Source: Candidatus Gastranaerophilales bacterium (GTDB taxonomy: Bacteria > Cyanobacteriota > Vampirovibrionia > Gastranaerophilales > Gastranaerophilaceae). From it: a DNA stretch of 64,000 bases. The position numbers and the translations under genes are program-made. The notes below the pieces were generated by a model, which was not told where the DNA came from, did no database searches, and saw only the letters and a program-made list of their open reading frames with translations. Of the stretch, positions 40,272 through 49,502 are shown in pieces (the first letter of the stretch is position 1; each line of letters starts with the position of its first letter). The stretch is from the NCBI GenBank assembly GCA_947589425.1, contig CANQAV010000003.1, positions 38,186 through 102,185 on the forward strand. Reading direction: 5' to 3'.

Positions 40272-41069
40272 TTATTTATAACATTTTTGATATGCCCAGG
40301 CATTATGATTGTGGATTGATTCTTGAGCTTCTATTTCAACTTCATAGAAATTAATTATATCCGTTTTATCAAGTTTTTCAACAATTTCTCGAATAACATC
40401 TTCGACAAACTTCGGATTTTGATAGGCATGCTCTGTTACATATTTTTCATCTTCCCTTTTTAAAAGAGGATAAATTTCGCTTGATGCACAGCTTTGTGCA
40501 AGTTCAATCAAATCTTCAAGCCAAATTTCTTTATCGTTATCATAGCTGACTTTAATTTTTAAAAGCGCTCTTTGATTGTGTGCGCCAAAATCCGAAATTT
40601 CTTTTGAACAGGGGCAGAGGGTTGTAATCGGGACTTTTGTAATCAAATAGAATTTATAATTATCGTCTTCATCCGCTTCGCCTTCAAAAGCACAATCATA
40701 ACACATCATTGAACTGAGTTTGCTTTTCGGCGCCTGCTTTTTGATAAAATATTTAAAAGCAAATTTTACATAAGCACTTTTTGCATTAAGTTTTTTTTTC
40801 ATATCAAAAAGAACATTCTCAATATCGTCGCAATTGAGGCTTTCTTTTTGATATTTATTCAAAATTTCAATAAATCGGGACATGTGTGTCCCTTTATAAT
40901 GAGAAGGAAGAGCGACGGACATTTTTGCAAGCGCATAAACAACTTCCAATAAATCTTTATTATCTTGGGATTTTCTTTTAATTTTTAAAGGGATTTCAAC
41001 ATCTTTAACCCCGACTTTTTGAATTGGGATATTTCTGTTGTCTTTTTGATTTTGAACATCCTTAATCAT
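40272..41069 (-). CDS. folE2: GTP cyclohydrolase I type 2 (FolE2/MptA family)
   Basis: 265 aa. Motifs IQKVGVKDVEIPL, GTHMSRF and TLCPCSKEISDFGAHNQR. Confidence 0.85.
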   Translation of the reverse strand: MIKDVQNQKDNRNIPIQKVGVKDVEIPLKIKRKSQDNKDLLEVVYALAKMSVALPSHYKGTHMSRFIEILNKYQKESLNCDDIENVLFDMKKKLNAKSAYVKFAFKYFIKKQAPKSKLSSMMCYDCAFEGEADEDDNYKFYLITKVPITTLCPCSKEISDFGAHNQRALLKIKVSYDNDKEIWLEDLIELAQSCASSEIYPLLKREDEKYVTEHAYQNPKFVEDVIREIVEKLDKTDIINFYEVEIEAQESIHNHNAWAYQKCYK

Positions 41070-41072
41070 AAA

Positions 41073-41402
41073 TTATTCTTCAAAGCTGTTTCTTTCAAGG
41101 GCAAGAAGAAGCTTAAGGGCGGCAACTCTTTGAGTTTTGGGGTCAGCTTGTCTTAACATTTCAACAGCTTTAATCATAACAGGGTCGTTATCATACCAGC
41201 GATTACCTTTTCCCTGATATTGCGTTACTATTTGATAAATTCTTTCAATAACATCCTGAGCGACATCTTCCTGAAGGCTCATCATAAAATCTTTTGCCTG
41301 TTCTTTTTGATCGTCGGTAGAAAGTCTTAACAGTTCCAATGCTTCTTTTAAAATCGGGTCTCTGTCGTACCAGCGTTTGGTATAATTTTTTTGTTCGTTC
41401 AT
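41073..41402 (-). CDS. Small protein with an internal duplication (RWYDxDP...A.E.LR twice), function unknown
   Basis: 109 aa. RWYDRDPILKEALELLR and RWYDNDPVMIKAVEMLR are about 60 residues apart. The gene ends 3 nt before folE2. Confidence 0.55.
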   Translation of the reverse strand: MNEQKNYTKRWYDRDPILKEALELLRLSTDDQKEQAKDFMMSLQEDVAQDVIERIYQIVTQYQGKGNRWYDNDPVMIKAVEMLRQADPKTQRVAALKLLLALERNSFEE

Positions 41403-41564
41403 TATTCTGCCTTTCTCATGACAATTAGTATAGCAAATTTTTATAAAATTTAAAAGTTTAACAATAATTTTAATTCCACTTTTTTTGCAATTTTACCCGA
41501 ATGTCTAATTTTAATTTACATTCTTAATTCATAAAATAATTGAAAATAAGGAGAAATTTTAACC

Positions 41565-42428
41565 ATGCAAAATCAAGAAACAGCATTTATCACCCCTCCT
41601 AAAGTAGAATTAGAGGAGTTAAAAAATCTATTTATTCAATTATGTACAAAAACCTGCAACTTAAAATGCAAACACTGCTACATCAAAAAAAATCCCTATA
41701 AAAATGAAGAAGATTTTATACCGTTAGAAAAGGTTAAACAATCTTTGATGTTTATAAAAAATCAAAAACTGAATTCAATTTATTTAACGGGGGGCGAGCC
41801 TTTGATGCACCCTGATTTTAACCAGATTTTAAGAATGTGTTTAAAAATCTCAGATACTACGGTTATGTCAAACGGGGTTATGATAAACGATAAAAAGGCA
41901 AGATTTTTAAGAAAAATTGATGATGAAAGCCAGTTTGAAACAATTTATCGAATCAGTCTTGATTCAACGGATGAATTGGAAAATGATGCCCTAAGAGGCA
42001 GAGGAAGCTTTAGAAAAGCGCTTGTTGCAATAATGAGCCTTTTAAAATATGAATTTAACCCCATTATAAGTGTTGTTAACTACAAAAACAGAGATAAAAA
42101 AGAAATTTTTGAAGAATTTCAAAGCTATTTTGCAAAAAAAGATTTTGAAATTGATGACATCAATCTGAAAATAATTCCGTATTTCCCGGAAAACGATAAC
42201 AGAGAAATTAATTTTCCCGATATTATAAATACAAAAAAACTTGACTGCGCAACTTCAAGAGTTGTTTCAAGAAACGGAATTTACGCCTGCCCCATATTAT
42301 CTGATGATTACAGGGCAAGACTCGGCTCAAGCCTTGATGATTGTTCAAGAATTAATTATCTCGATTGTGAAAAATGCTGTGTTTGCGCCTTTTCAAACCA
42401 AAAAATACAAATTAACGATTGGATGTAA
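41565..42428 (+). CDS. Radical SAM protein with a Cys-rich SPASM-like C-terminal region
   Basis: CNLKCKHCY (CxxxCxxC) near the N-terminus and GGEPL. The C-terminal part has CATSR...YACP...CSRINYLDCEKCCVC. Confidence 0.8.
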   Translation: MQNQETAFITPPKVELEELKNLFIQLCTKTCNLKCKHCYIKKNPYKNEEDFIPLEKVKQSLMFIKNQKLNSIYLTGGEPLMHPDFNQILRMCLKISDTTVMSNGVMINDKKARFLRKIDDESQFETIYRISLDSTDELENDALRGRGSFRKALVAIMSLLKYEFNPIISVVNYKNRDKKEIFEEFQSYFAKKDFEIDDINLKIIPYFPENDNREINFPDIINTKKLDCATSRVVSRNGIYACPILSDDYRARLGSSLDDCSRINYLDCEKCCVCAFSNQKIQINDWM

Positions 42429-42459
42429 AAAAGCTGTCTTAAATTAAGACAGCTTTTAA
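42427..42459. terminator. Bidirectional intrinsic terminator (radical SAM gene / fabI)
   Basis: AAGCTGTCTT-AAATT-AAGACAGCTT flanked by A-run and T-run. Confidence 0.75.
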
Positions 42460-42475
42460 GTATAAATTTATTTGA

Positions 42476-43282
42476 TTATTCAAATTTAATCTGAGACATT
42501 TCATCAATTGAAGCAAATACTTCGCTTGCACCGCAATCAACGAATTGTACCTGTGCGGTAACTGCCGAAGATAAATCGGACAACAAATATAATGCTGCTT
42601 TTCCGACTTCAGCCACTTCGGGAGTTCTCTTAAGAGGCGCTTTTAATACATTTGCTTTTAACATTCTGTCAAATCCGCCGATACCTTTTGCTGCCATTGT
42701 TTTAATCGGGCCTGCGGATAAGCAGTTGCATCTGATATTATATTTTCCTAAATCGCCTGCAATGAATCTCATTGATGATTCAAGAGCGGCTTTTGCCACA
42801 CCCATGATATTATAGTTTGCAACAACTTTGGTTGAGCCCAAATATGTCATAGCTAAAATTGAGCCGCCGCCTGATGCTTCCATTTGAGGTTTAGCATATC
42901 TTGCAATTGTAACCAAAGAATATGCGCTTACATGCATTGCCAAATCCCAGCCTTCACGAGAAACGGTGTAAAAATCGCCCGTTAAATCGTCTTTATTTGC
43001 AAAAGCTACGGCATGCACTACGAAATCAAGCTTGTCATAAGTTTTTTGATATTCTTCAAATACTTTTTTAACGTCTTCATCTTTTGTAACGTCGCATTCC
43101 ATGCAAATTTTAGCGTTCATGCTTTCTGCAATCGGACGAACTCTTTTTTCCATTGCTTCGTTTGCATAAGTAAAAGCAATTTCAGCTCCCTCGGAATACA
43201 ATTGTTCTGCTATTGCGTTTGCAATTCCGAATTTATTTGAAACGCCGAATATAATACCTTTTTTACCGTCCATTAAACCCAT
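42476..43282 (-). CDS. fabI: Enoyl-ACP reductase (NADH), FabI
   Basis: 268 aa SDR. Motifs GKKGIIFGVSNKFGIA, YNIMGVAKAALE and RCNCLSAGPIKT. Confidence 0.92.
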   Translation of the reverse strand: MGLMDGKKGIIFGVSNKFGIANAIAEQLYSEGAEIAFTYANEAMEKRVRPIAESMNAKICMECDVTKDEDVKKVFEEYQKTYDKLDFVVHAVAFANKDDLTGDFYTVSREGWDLAMHVSAYSLVTIARYAKPQMEASGGGSILAMTYLGSTKVVANYNIMGVAKAALESSMRFIAGDLGKYNIRCNCLSAGPIKTMAAKGIGGFDRMLKANVLKAPLKRTPEVAEVGKAALYLLSDLSSAVTAQVQFVDCGASEVFASIDEMSQIKFE

Positions 43283-43336
43283 ATAACTCTCTCCTTTTAA
43301 AACGGGTAATCCTCACCTAATTATAATATAAAAATG

Positions 43337-44614
43337 TTATTGTTCAAATCTTGTAAATATATTATCAATGTTTTTGAGATATTTTTCTTCGCTGAAACAA
43401 TCTTCAAGATCTTTGTCATTCAGATATTTTTTCATGTTTTCCTTAAAATTGCCGTTATTATTATAAGCGTCAAGTGCTTCTTTTTGGACAATTTTATATG
43501 CTTCTTCACGGGTCATATTAAATTGTGTAAGCTTTAATAAACAACTTTGAGAATAAATTATTCCGCCGTATTTTTTTGTATTTTGTATCATGTTTTCTTT
43601 TTTTATAACAAGATTTTCTAAAACATCATAAAAGCGGTTTAACATATAATCAATTAATATTGTGCTGTCGGGGAAAATCACTCTTTCAACACTTGAGTGG
43701 GATATATCTCTTTCATGCCAGAGAGCAATATTTTCCGAAGCCGATATTGTATTGCTTCTTAAAATCCTTGCAAGTCCGGATAAATTTTCGCACGAAACGG
43801 GATTTTTCTTGTGGGGCATTGCAGATGAGCCTTTCTGCCCTTTTGAAAAACCTTCTTCAACTTCTCCTACTTCAAAACGTCCCAGATGTCTTATCTCAAT
43901 TGCAAAATTTTCTATTACACATCCGATTAGAGAAATTGCCTGAATATAAAAAGCGTGTCTGTCACGTGCAATTATCTGGGTTGAAATTTTTGCGCTTTTA
44001 AGTCCCAAAATTTCACATGTTTTTGCTTCGATTTCGGGGCTTATATTTGTATATGTCCCGCAAGGACCTGATATCTGACCTTCTAAAATGTCATTCAGAG
44101 CATAATTAAATCTTTTTTGCGCTCTTTGTAACATATCAAGCAAATTAAGCAGTTTAAACCCGAAAGTAATAATTTCTGCCGCCATTCCGTGGCTTCTGCC
44201 GAGGCAGACGGTGTTCTTGTGTTTAAATGCCAGAGTTTTTACAAGTTCTATTAATTTATCGAGGTCATTATTGATTATTTTTGAAGCATCTCTTATCTGA
44301 AGCGCAAATGCGGTGTCTATGACATCCGAGCTTGTTAAACCCCTGTGGATATACGGAGAATATTTTCTGCCTACATTTTCATTAACATTTTCCAAAAAAG
44401 CAATCACATCATGACGGGTTATTTTTTCAATTTCATCTATTCTTTTAAGGTCAAATTTTGCGGTTTTTTTGATGTTTTCATAAACTTCCCTTTCAAACTC
44501 GCCCGCTTCAACCCTTGCTTTAATAACCGCAAGTTCAACTTCAAGGTAATAAGAAAATTTGGAATTTAAATCCCAAATTTTAGACATTTCTTCTCTTGAA
44601 TATCTTTCAATCAT
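43337..44614 (-). CDS. purB: Adenylosuccinate lyase
   Basis: Starts MIERYSREEM. Fumarate-lyase signature GSSAMPHKKNP. The longer ORF-track start at 44650 falls inside the hsp20 terminator stem, so I prefer ATG 44614. Confidence 0.93.
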   Translation of the reverse strand: MIERYSREEMSKIWDLNSKFSYYLEVELAVIKARVEAGEFEREVYENIKKTAKFDLKRIDEIEKITRHDVIAFLENVNENVGRKYSPYIHRGLTSSDVIDTAFALQIRDASKIINNDLDKLIELVKTLAFKHKNTVCLGRSHGMAAEIITFGFKLLNLLDMLQRAQKRFNYALNDILEGQISGPCGTYTNISPEIEAKTCEILGLKSAKISTQIIARDRHAFYIQAISLIGCVIENFAIEIRHLGRFEVGEVEEGFSKGQKGSSAMPHKKNPVSCENLSGLARILRSNTISASENIALWHERDISHSSVERVIFPDSTILIDYMLNRFYDVLENLVIKKENMIQNTKKYGGIIYSQSCLLKLTQFNMTREEAYKIVQKEALDAYNNNGNFKENMKKYLNDKDLEDCFSEEKYLKNIDNIFTRFEQ

Positions 44615-44643
44615 AGTTTGATTATACAAAAAAATTAAAAATA

Positions 44644-44700
44644 AAACCACCTTATGAATTTGAGCGCAATTTACCCAAATTCATATTACACAGGTGGTTT
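44644..44700 (-). terminator. Long intrinsic terminator downstream of hsp20
   Basis: Outer stem AAACCACC/GGTGGTTT and inner stem TATGAATTT/AAATTCATA. On the minus strand it is followed by a T-rich run. Confidence 0.7.
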
Positions 44701-44742
44701 ATATATAATAAAAAAGAAATATGATATCAAAAGAACACAATA

Positions 44743-45207
44743 TTAATTTATTTGCAGTTTTTTAATGTCTTCTTTTTTATCTTCTTCTATTTTTGGAAGT
44801 TCAATATGAAGCACTCCGTTTTTAAATTCGCTTTTTGCTTCATCGGGATTAATTTCGTGTTCAAAAGGAATTACCCTTGTAAATTTTCCATAGCGAAATT
44901 CTGATGTTTTTATGTTTTCATCATCTTTGCATTCTTCAAACTTAGATTCCGCTTTGATTGATATTGCGCTGTTTGTAAGTTCAACATCAATATCTTCTTT
45001 ATTTACGTTTGGAAGTTCAACTTTAATTTTATATTGGTCTTTCTTTTCTTTAATTTCAACAGCAGGACGAAAAGCTTTAAATATCGGTGCATTTGTTTTA
45101 TCCAAATATTCAATATCGCCGAAAGTATCCTTTAAAAAACGATTTAAGTCTTCATGGATATTTTCAAAAAAGTATGAAGGCTCTCTTTTAATAATGCTAA
45201 ATCTCAT
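44743..45207 (-). CDS. Small heat-shock protein (Hsp20/alpha-crystallin)
   Basis: 154 aa. Alpha-crystallin pattern (FRPAVEIKEKKDQYKIKVELPNVNKEDIDVEL...GVLHIELPK). Confidence 0.9.
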   Translation of the reverse strand: MRFSIIKREPSYFFENIHEDLNRFLKDTFGDIEYLDKTNAPIFKAFRPAVEIKEKKDQYKIKVELPNVNKEDIDVELTNSAISIKAESKFEECKDDENIKTSEFRYGKFTRVIPFEHEINPDEAKSEFKNGVLHIELPKIEEDKKEDIKKLQIN

Positions 45208-45288
45208 TTAATTATCTCCTTTAAAACTCGATAATTTATTTTGAGATAATTTTAAAAAGATAACATTGCCTGATAGAATATATTCTTT

Positions 45289-46278
45289 TTATTGCGGTGT
45301 TTGGGAAGCAGGTATATCTTCCCTCACTTCAATAATTACGTTTTGCTCCTCGTTGGGCTCGGGCTCGGGCTCCGGCTCGGGCGCTTGTTCGACTTTAACG
45401 GGGATTTTGTTTTCTTCATTTTCCGATTTAATTGATTTAGGCTCATCTAAGCAAAGATAGTATGAGTCGTCCCACCTTAAATCTATATATTTAATTTTCT
45501 CTTTTGTCTTTTGAGCAACCGGAAGGATTGAGGCTATATTTTTTGCACGATTGAAGGAAGAATCATTAATTTCACCAAAGCGCACAAGATAGTCTTTAAG
45601 CATGATATAAACATCATTCGGATTTCTTAAGTCAACATATTGCACTTGCTGGTTTGAATATGCTTCAATTGCTTTTGTAAGCTTCAAAAGTTCTTCAACA
45701 CGTTTTTTGTCCCAAACTTCGTCCACCCCGTCACGCACGCCGTATGTAAGTAATTTTTTAGCCTTAATTGAAGGACTGAAAGGAATGTAATCATGGTCAA
45801 TTAAAACACCGTCGGTTGAAAGTGCGGAATTAGGCTCTGATTCAAGATTGGGAGCTAATAAAAATGCGGGAGTTCTTTCATCTATTGTAATTATAAGCCT
45901 TGCAGGAAACCAATATCTTCTTATGTATACTTTTTTAACGGGCTGCAATTGGGATATATTTTCTTCAAGTTCTTTTGTATCGAGCCTGAAAATTTGAGTT
46001 GCGGGAAGCTGTGTCTGGCGGACCATATTTACTATTTTATAGTCAGGGGTTATTATATTGCCTTGAATTTTAATAACTGAAGGGTCGGCATGGGCAAGTT
46101 TTGTACTGTCTATATACCATTGAGAAAGTTTTAAAACCTTATAGCTGAAAAAACAAATGCCGATAATCATAAGCAGGGCAAAGAGTACTCTTATACGCTG
46201 CAAAAATACACGTGTGGATGCAATTTGTCTTTTTATTTTATTAACTTTTAATCTTCTTCTTTGGTAATATAAGCTCAA
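45289..46278 (-). CDS. ftsQ: Cell division protein FtsQ/DivIB
   Basis: 329 aa. Single TM, then a POTRA-like and FtsQ-type region. Follows ddl in the dcw order. The C-terminal tail carries a (PE)5 repeat. Apparent TTG start. Confidence 0.8.
   Translation of the reverse strand: MSLYYQRRRLKVNKIKRQIASTRVFLQRIRVLFALLMIIGICFFSYKVLKLSQWYIDSTKLAHADPSVIKIQGNIITPDYKIVNMVRQTQLPATQIFRLDTKELEENISQLQPVKKVYIRRYWFPARLIITIDERTPAFLLAPNLESEPNSALSTDGVLIDHDYIPFSPSIKAKKLLTYGVRDGVDEVWDKKRVEELLKLTKAIEAYSNQQVQYVDLRNPNDVYIMLKDYLVRFGEINDSSFNRAKNIASILPVAQKTKEKIKYIDLRWDDSYYLCLDEPKSIKSENEENKIPVKVEQAPEPEPEPEPNEEQNVIIEVREDIPASQTPQ
45355..45382. repeat. Hexanucleotide repeat encoding PEPEPEPEPE in the FtsQ tail
   Basis: gggctc gggctc gggctc cggctc gggc read directly. 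Confidence 0.85.
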
Positions 46279-46289
46279 CTTTATTCCCT

Positions 46290-47243
46290 TTATTTAAGTA
46301 AAGATGATTTCAAGATAATATCAACAAGTTCATTATAGCTAATTCCCATGGCATTTGCCTGTGCGGGTAAATCAGAAGTATCCGTCATGCCGGGGTTTGT
46401 ATTTATCTCTAATACATATGGTATGTCATTATATATTAAAAAGTCAACTCTTGAAACACCCGAACATCCGCAGGCTTTGTGAGCGGATATGGCTATGTCT
46501 TGAATTTTTTTCGTTAAAGCTTCATCAAATTCGGCAGGGAGAATAAATTCCGTTAAACCTTTTGTATATTTTGCTTCATAATCATACCATTCCGTTTTTG
46601 TCTTAAAAGCAAGTATGGGAGTTGCAAAAGTTTCAATGGAGTTATCCTCTCTTTTTCGCTCCAATACCCCGACAGTTGCGGAAGTACCTTTAAGATATTC
46701 TTCAATTAAAATTTCTTTATCGCACTCAAGCGCCTTATCCATTGCGCAATCTAATTCATCAATTGAATTAACTTTTGTCATGCCGATTGATGAGCCTTCG
46801 TTTGCGGGTTTTATGATTATGGGGTAATTAAGTTCTTTTACTTTTTCTTTATAGTTGTCTTTTGTGGCGTTTACGGATTTAATAAGGGGAATATTCGCTG
46901 ATTTTAGCACTTTTTTAGTCATTATTTTATCCATGCAAACAGCACTTGATTTAACATTGCAGCCTGAATAAGGTATCCCTAAAATCTCTAAAACACCTTG
47001 AATACAGCCATCTTCACCATACCTTCCATGGAGCACATTTATTACAAATTCAATTTTTGTATCAATTAATACCTGTGCAATATTTTTATCCGCATCAATG
47101 AGGGTAACATCTTTATATCCAAGTTCAATCAGTGCTTTAAATACATTTTTACCCGAGCGCAAAGATACTTCTCTTTCGTTTGATAAACCGCCAAAAAGTA
47201 CCGCTATTTTTGAATTTTTATCTATTTTTTTAATATTTTCCAT
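46290..47243 (-). CDS. ddl: D-alanine--D-alanine ligase
   Basis: 317 aa ATP-grasp protein. Motifs VLFGGLSNEREVSLRSG, HGRYGEDGCIQG and EINTNPGMT. Confidence 0.93.
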   Translation of the reverse strand: MENIKKIDKNSKIAVLFGGLSNEREVSLRSGKNVFKALIELGYKDVTLIDADKNIAQVLIDTKIEFVINVLHGRYGEDGCIQGVLEILGIPYSGCNVKSSAVCMDKIMTKKVLKSANIPLIKSVNATKDNYKEKVKELNYPIIIKPANEGSSIGMTKVNSIDELDCAMDKALECDKEILIEEYLKGTSATVGVLERKREDNSIETFATPILAFKTKTEWYDYEAKYTKGLTEFILPAEFDEALTKKIQDIAISAHKACGCSGVSRVDFLIYNDIPYVLEINTNPGMTDTSDLPAQANAMGISYNELVDIILKSSLLK

Positions 47244-48151
47244 TTTTCTTTTTCTTCCTCGCTCATATTTCCGATATAAATAATTTCAGGCTCAAGTTCA
47301 ATATTGAATTTTTCTTTTACTTTTTGATAAATTTCAAAAACTAAATTAGTATAATCCGCACTTGTTGCATTTCCTTTGTTGATTATAAAGTTGCAATGAT
47401 TTTGATATATCTCGCAATCGCCTATACTGTATCCTCTTAAATCACATTTATCAATTAAAGCTCCTGCGGATAGCTCGCAATTAATCGGATTTTTGAAAAC
47501 AGAGCCGGCATTAGGCAGAGATAAATTCGGCTGTCTTGTTTTTCTGAAGATTAAATTTTCATCCATTTTTGATTTAATTTCGTCGGGGTTTGCTTTTTTC
47601 AAATCAAACTTAGCGGATAAAATAACATAAGGTTTTTCTTTTATGATTGAATGTCTGTATGAAAAATCCATTTCTTCTTTTTTTAAGTTAAATACTTTTG
47701 CGTTTGCTTTATCATATATTTTAACGCTCAATAAATAATCGCTTATTGTCTGTTTGTGAGCGCCCGCATTCATACAGATTGCACCGCCTAAGGAAGCGGG
47801 TATTCCTATTAAAAATTCAAAACCCGATAAACCTCTTTCATAGGCAAATTTTGAAAGTTTCTGTGTGCTGTATCCCGCTTCAACATCAATTAGTGTACCG
47901 AGATTTAAAATTGTATCAATTTTACCGGTATATATAACGGGCTCATCAACCCCCAAAGACGAAAATAAAACATTTGAGCCGTTACCTAAAACAATCGGAT
48001 TTTTGTCTTTAAATTTTTTTAAAAGGGTAATTAATTCGGCGCAATTTTCGGGCATGTAGAACACTTTTGCACGTGATTTAATTTTAAGAGTATTAAAATT
48101 GCTCATGTAAAAATCATCATAATGTTTTACGTCATTTTGCGAGAATATCAT
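47222..48151 (-). CDS. murB: UDP-N-acetylenolpyruvoylglucosamine reductase
   Basis: 309 aa. FAD-binding N-domain (LGNGSNVLF); NAGSVFKNP; C-terminal EPEIIYIG. Confidence 0.92.
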   Translation of the reverse strand: MIFSQNDVKHYDDFYMSNFNTLKIKSRAKVFYMPENCAELITLLKKFKDKNPIVLGNGSNVLFSSLGVDEPVIYTGKIDTILNLGTLIDVEAGYSTQKLSKFAYERGLSGFEFLIGIPASLGGAICMNAGAHKQTISDYLLSVKIYDKANAKVFNLKKEEMDFSYRHSIIKEKPYVILSAKFDLKKANPDEIKSKMDENLIFRKTRQPNLSLPNAGSVFKNPINCELSAGALIDKCDLRGYSIGDCEIYQNHCNFIINKGNATSADYTNLVFEIYQKVKEKFNIELEPEIIYIGNMSEEEKEKWKILKK

Positions 48152-49502
48152 TTATTACCCCGCCTATTTCCGTAATATCTCCCGCACCAAGAGTTAAAAG
48201 AAGGTCGTTTTCTTTTAACTCGGGCGCAATTTTTTTGCCCGCTTCTTTAATTGTTCCTTCTACATATTTTGCATCAATTCCTTTTTTTGAAATTTCGGAT
48301 GCGAAATTTTTAGAATTATAGGTAACATCAAACTTATCTCCGGCAGTGAAAACATCAACCAAATAAAGTTTATCAATTGTATTAAAACTATCTAAAAATT
48401 CATCCCACAAAGCTTTTAGTCTTGTATATCTGTGAGGCTGAAAAATTACGACTTTTCTTTTTTTGTAATTTTTAATCGCATTCAGGGTTGATTTGATTTC
48501 GTTCGGATGATGAGCGTAATCATCAATAATTTTAACCCCTTTTGTTTGTGCTATAAATTGAAATCTTCTTCCCATGCCGGAAAAAGTTTTAAAATGTTTT
48601 TTATAATCATCAAATTTATAACCCAATCTATCAAGCACGCAAACAACTGCAAGTGCGTTGTAAACATTGTGCTCGCCGGGTATAATAAGTTCAATTTCTC
48701 CTAATTTTTCATTTGCTTTATATATATCAAAAGAAGAACTTAATTCATCATATTCAATGTTTTTTGCGCAATAATCGGCGGTTTGTTTAATCGAATAAGT
48801 AATAACTTCTTGTTTAACTCTGTTTTTAAACTTTTGACAGCCGAAATTATCAATATTTAAAAAGATTTTTGAATTTTTATACGTTGAATTTGTCAATTCT
48901 TCAAAAGTATCAAGAATATCCGATAAACCGTTTTTATAGTGGTCAAGGTGGTCTTCATCAAGATTATTTATTACAAGATAATTCGGCTTATATTTTACGA
49001 TTGTTCCGTCTGATTCATCAAGCTCCGCTATAAAATATTTGCTGTTTTTTTCGGATAGTGCATTTGTGTTGATGTCGGGAATAATTCCCCCTATTGCACA
49101 ACTCGGCTTTAAATTCATTTTCTCCATTACATAGCTTAAAAGTCCGGATGTCGTGGTTTTACCGTGCGTACCCGAAAAACCTATAAAACAGGGAAATTTT
49201 TCCGATATATATTTTAAACAATCCGAGCGGTGAATTATTTCAAGTTTAAGTTCTTTTGCACGGATTAATTCGGGGTTATCTTCCTTAATTGCGGATGAAA
49301 TAACAACTTTAGGAGTTCCTTTGATATTTTGGGCGCTGTGGCCTATGTAAATTTTTGCCCCTTGAGATTGAATAAGCTTTGTATATTTGCTTTCTTCAAT
49401 ATCGGAGCCCGAAACATTGTAACCCAGGCAAAGAAGAATTTTTGCAAGCGCCGATTGTCCCACTCCTCCGACAGCTATAAAATGAAAATCAACTTTATCC
49501 AT
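48132..49502 (-). CDS. murC: UDP-N-acetylmuramate--L-alanine ligase
   Basis: Motifs HFIAVGGVGQSALA and GFSGTHGKTTT. I prefer ATG 49502 (MDKVDFHF), 4 nt after the upstream stop. The ORF-track TTG 49517 is an extension. Confidence 0.92.
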   Translation of the reverse strand: MDKVDFHFIAVGGVGQSALAKILLCLGYNVSGSDIEESKYTKLIQSQGAKIYIGHSAQNIKGTPKVVISSAIKEDNPELIRAKELKLEIIHRSDCLKYISEKFPCFIGFSGTHGKTTTSGLLSYVMEKMNLKPSCAIGGIIPDINTNALSEKNSKYFIAELDESDGTIVKYKPNYLVINNLDEDHLDHYKNGLSDILDTFEELTNSTYKNSKIFLNIDNFGCQKFKNRVKQEVITYSIKQTADYCAKNIEYDELSSSFDIYKANEKLGEIELIIPGEHNVYNALAVVCVLDRLGYKFDDYKKHFKTFSGMGRRFQFIAQTKGVKIIDDYAHHPNEIKSTLNAIKNYKKRKVVIFQPHRYTRLKALWDEFLDSFNTIDKLYLVDVFTAGDKFDVTYNSKNFASEISKKGIDAKYVEGTIKEAGKKIAPELKENDLLLTLGAGDITEIGGVINDILAK

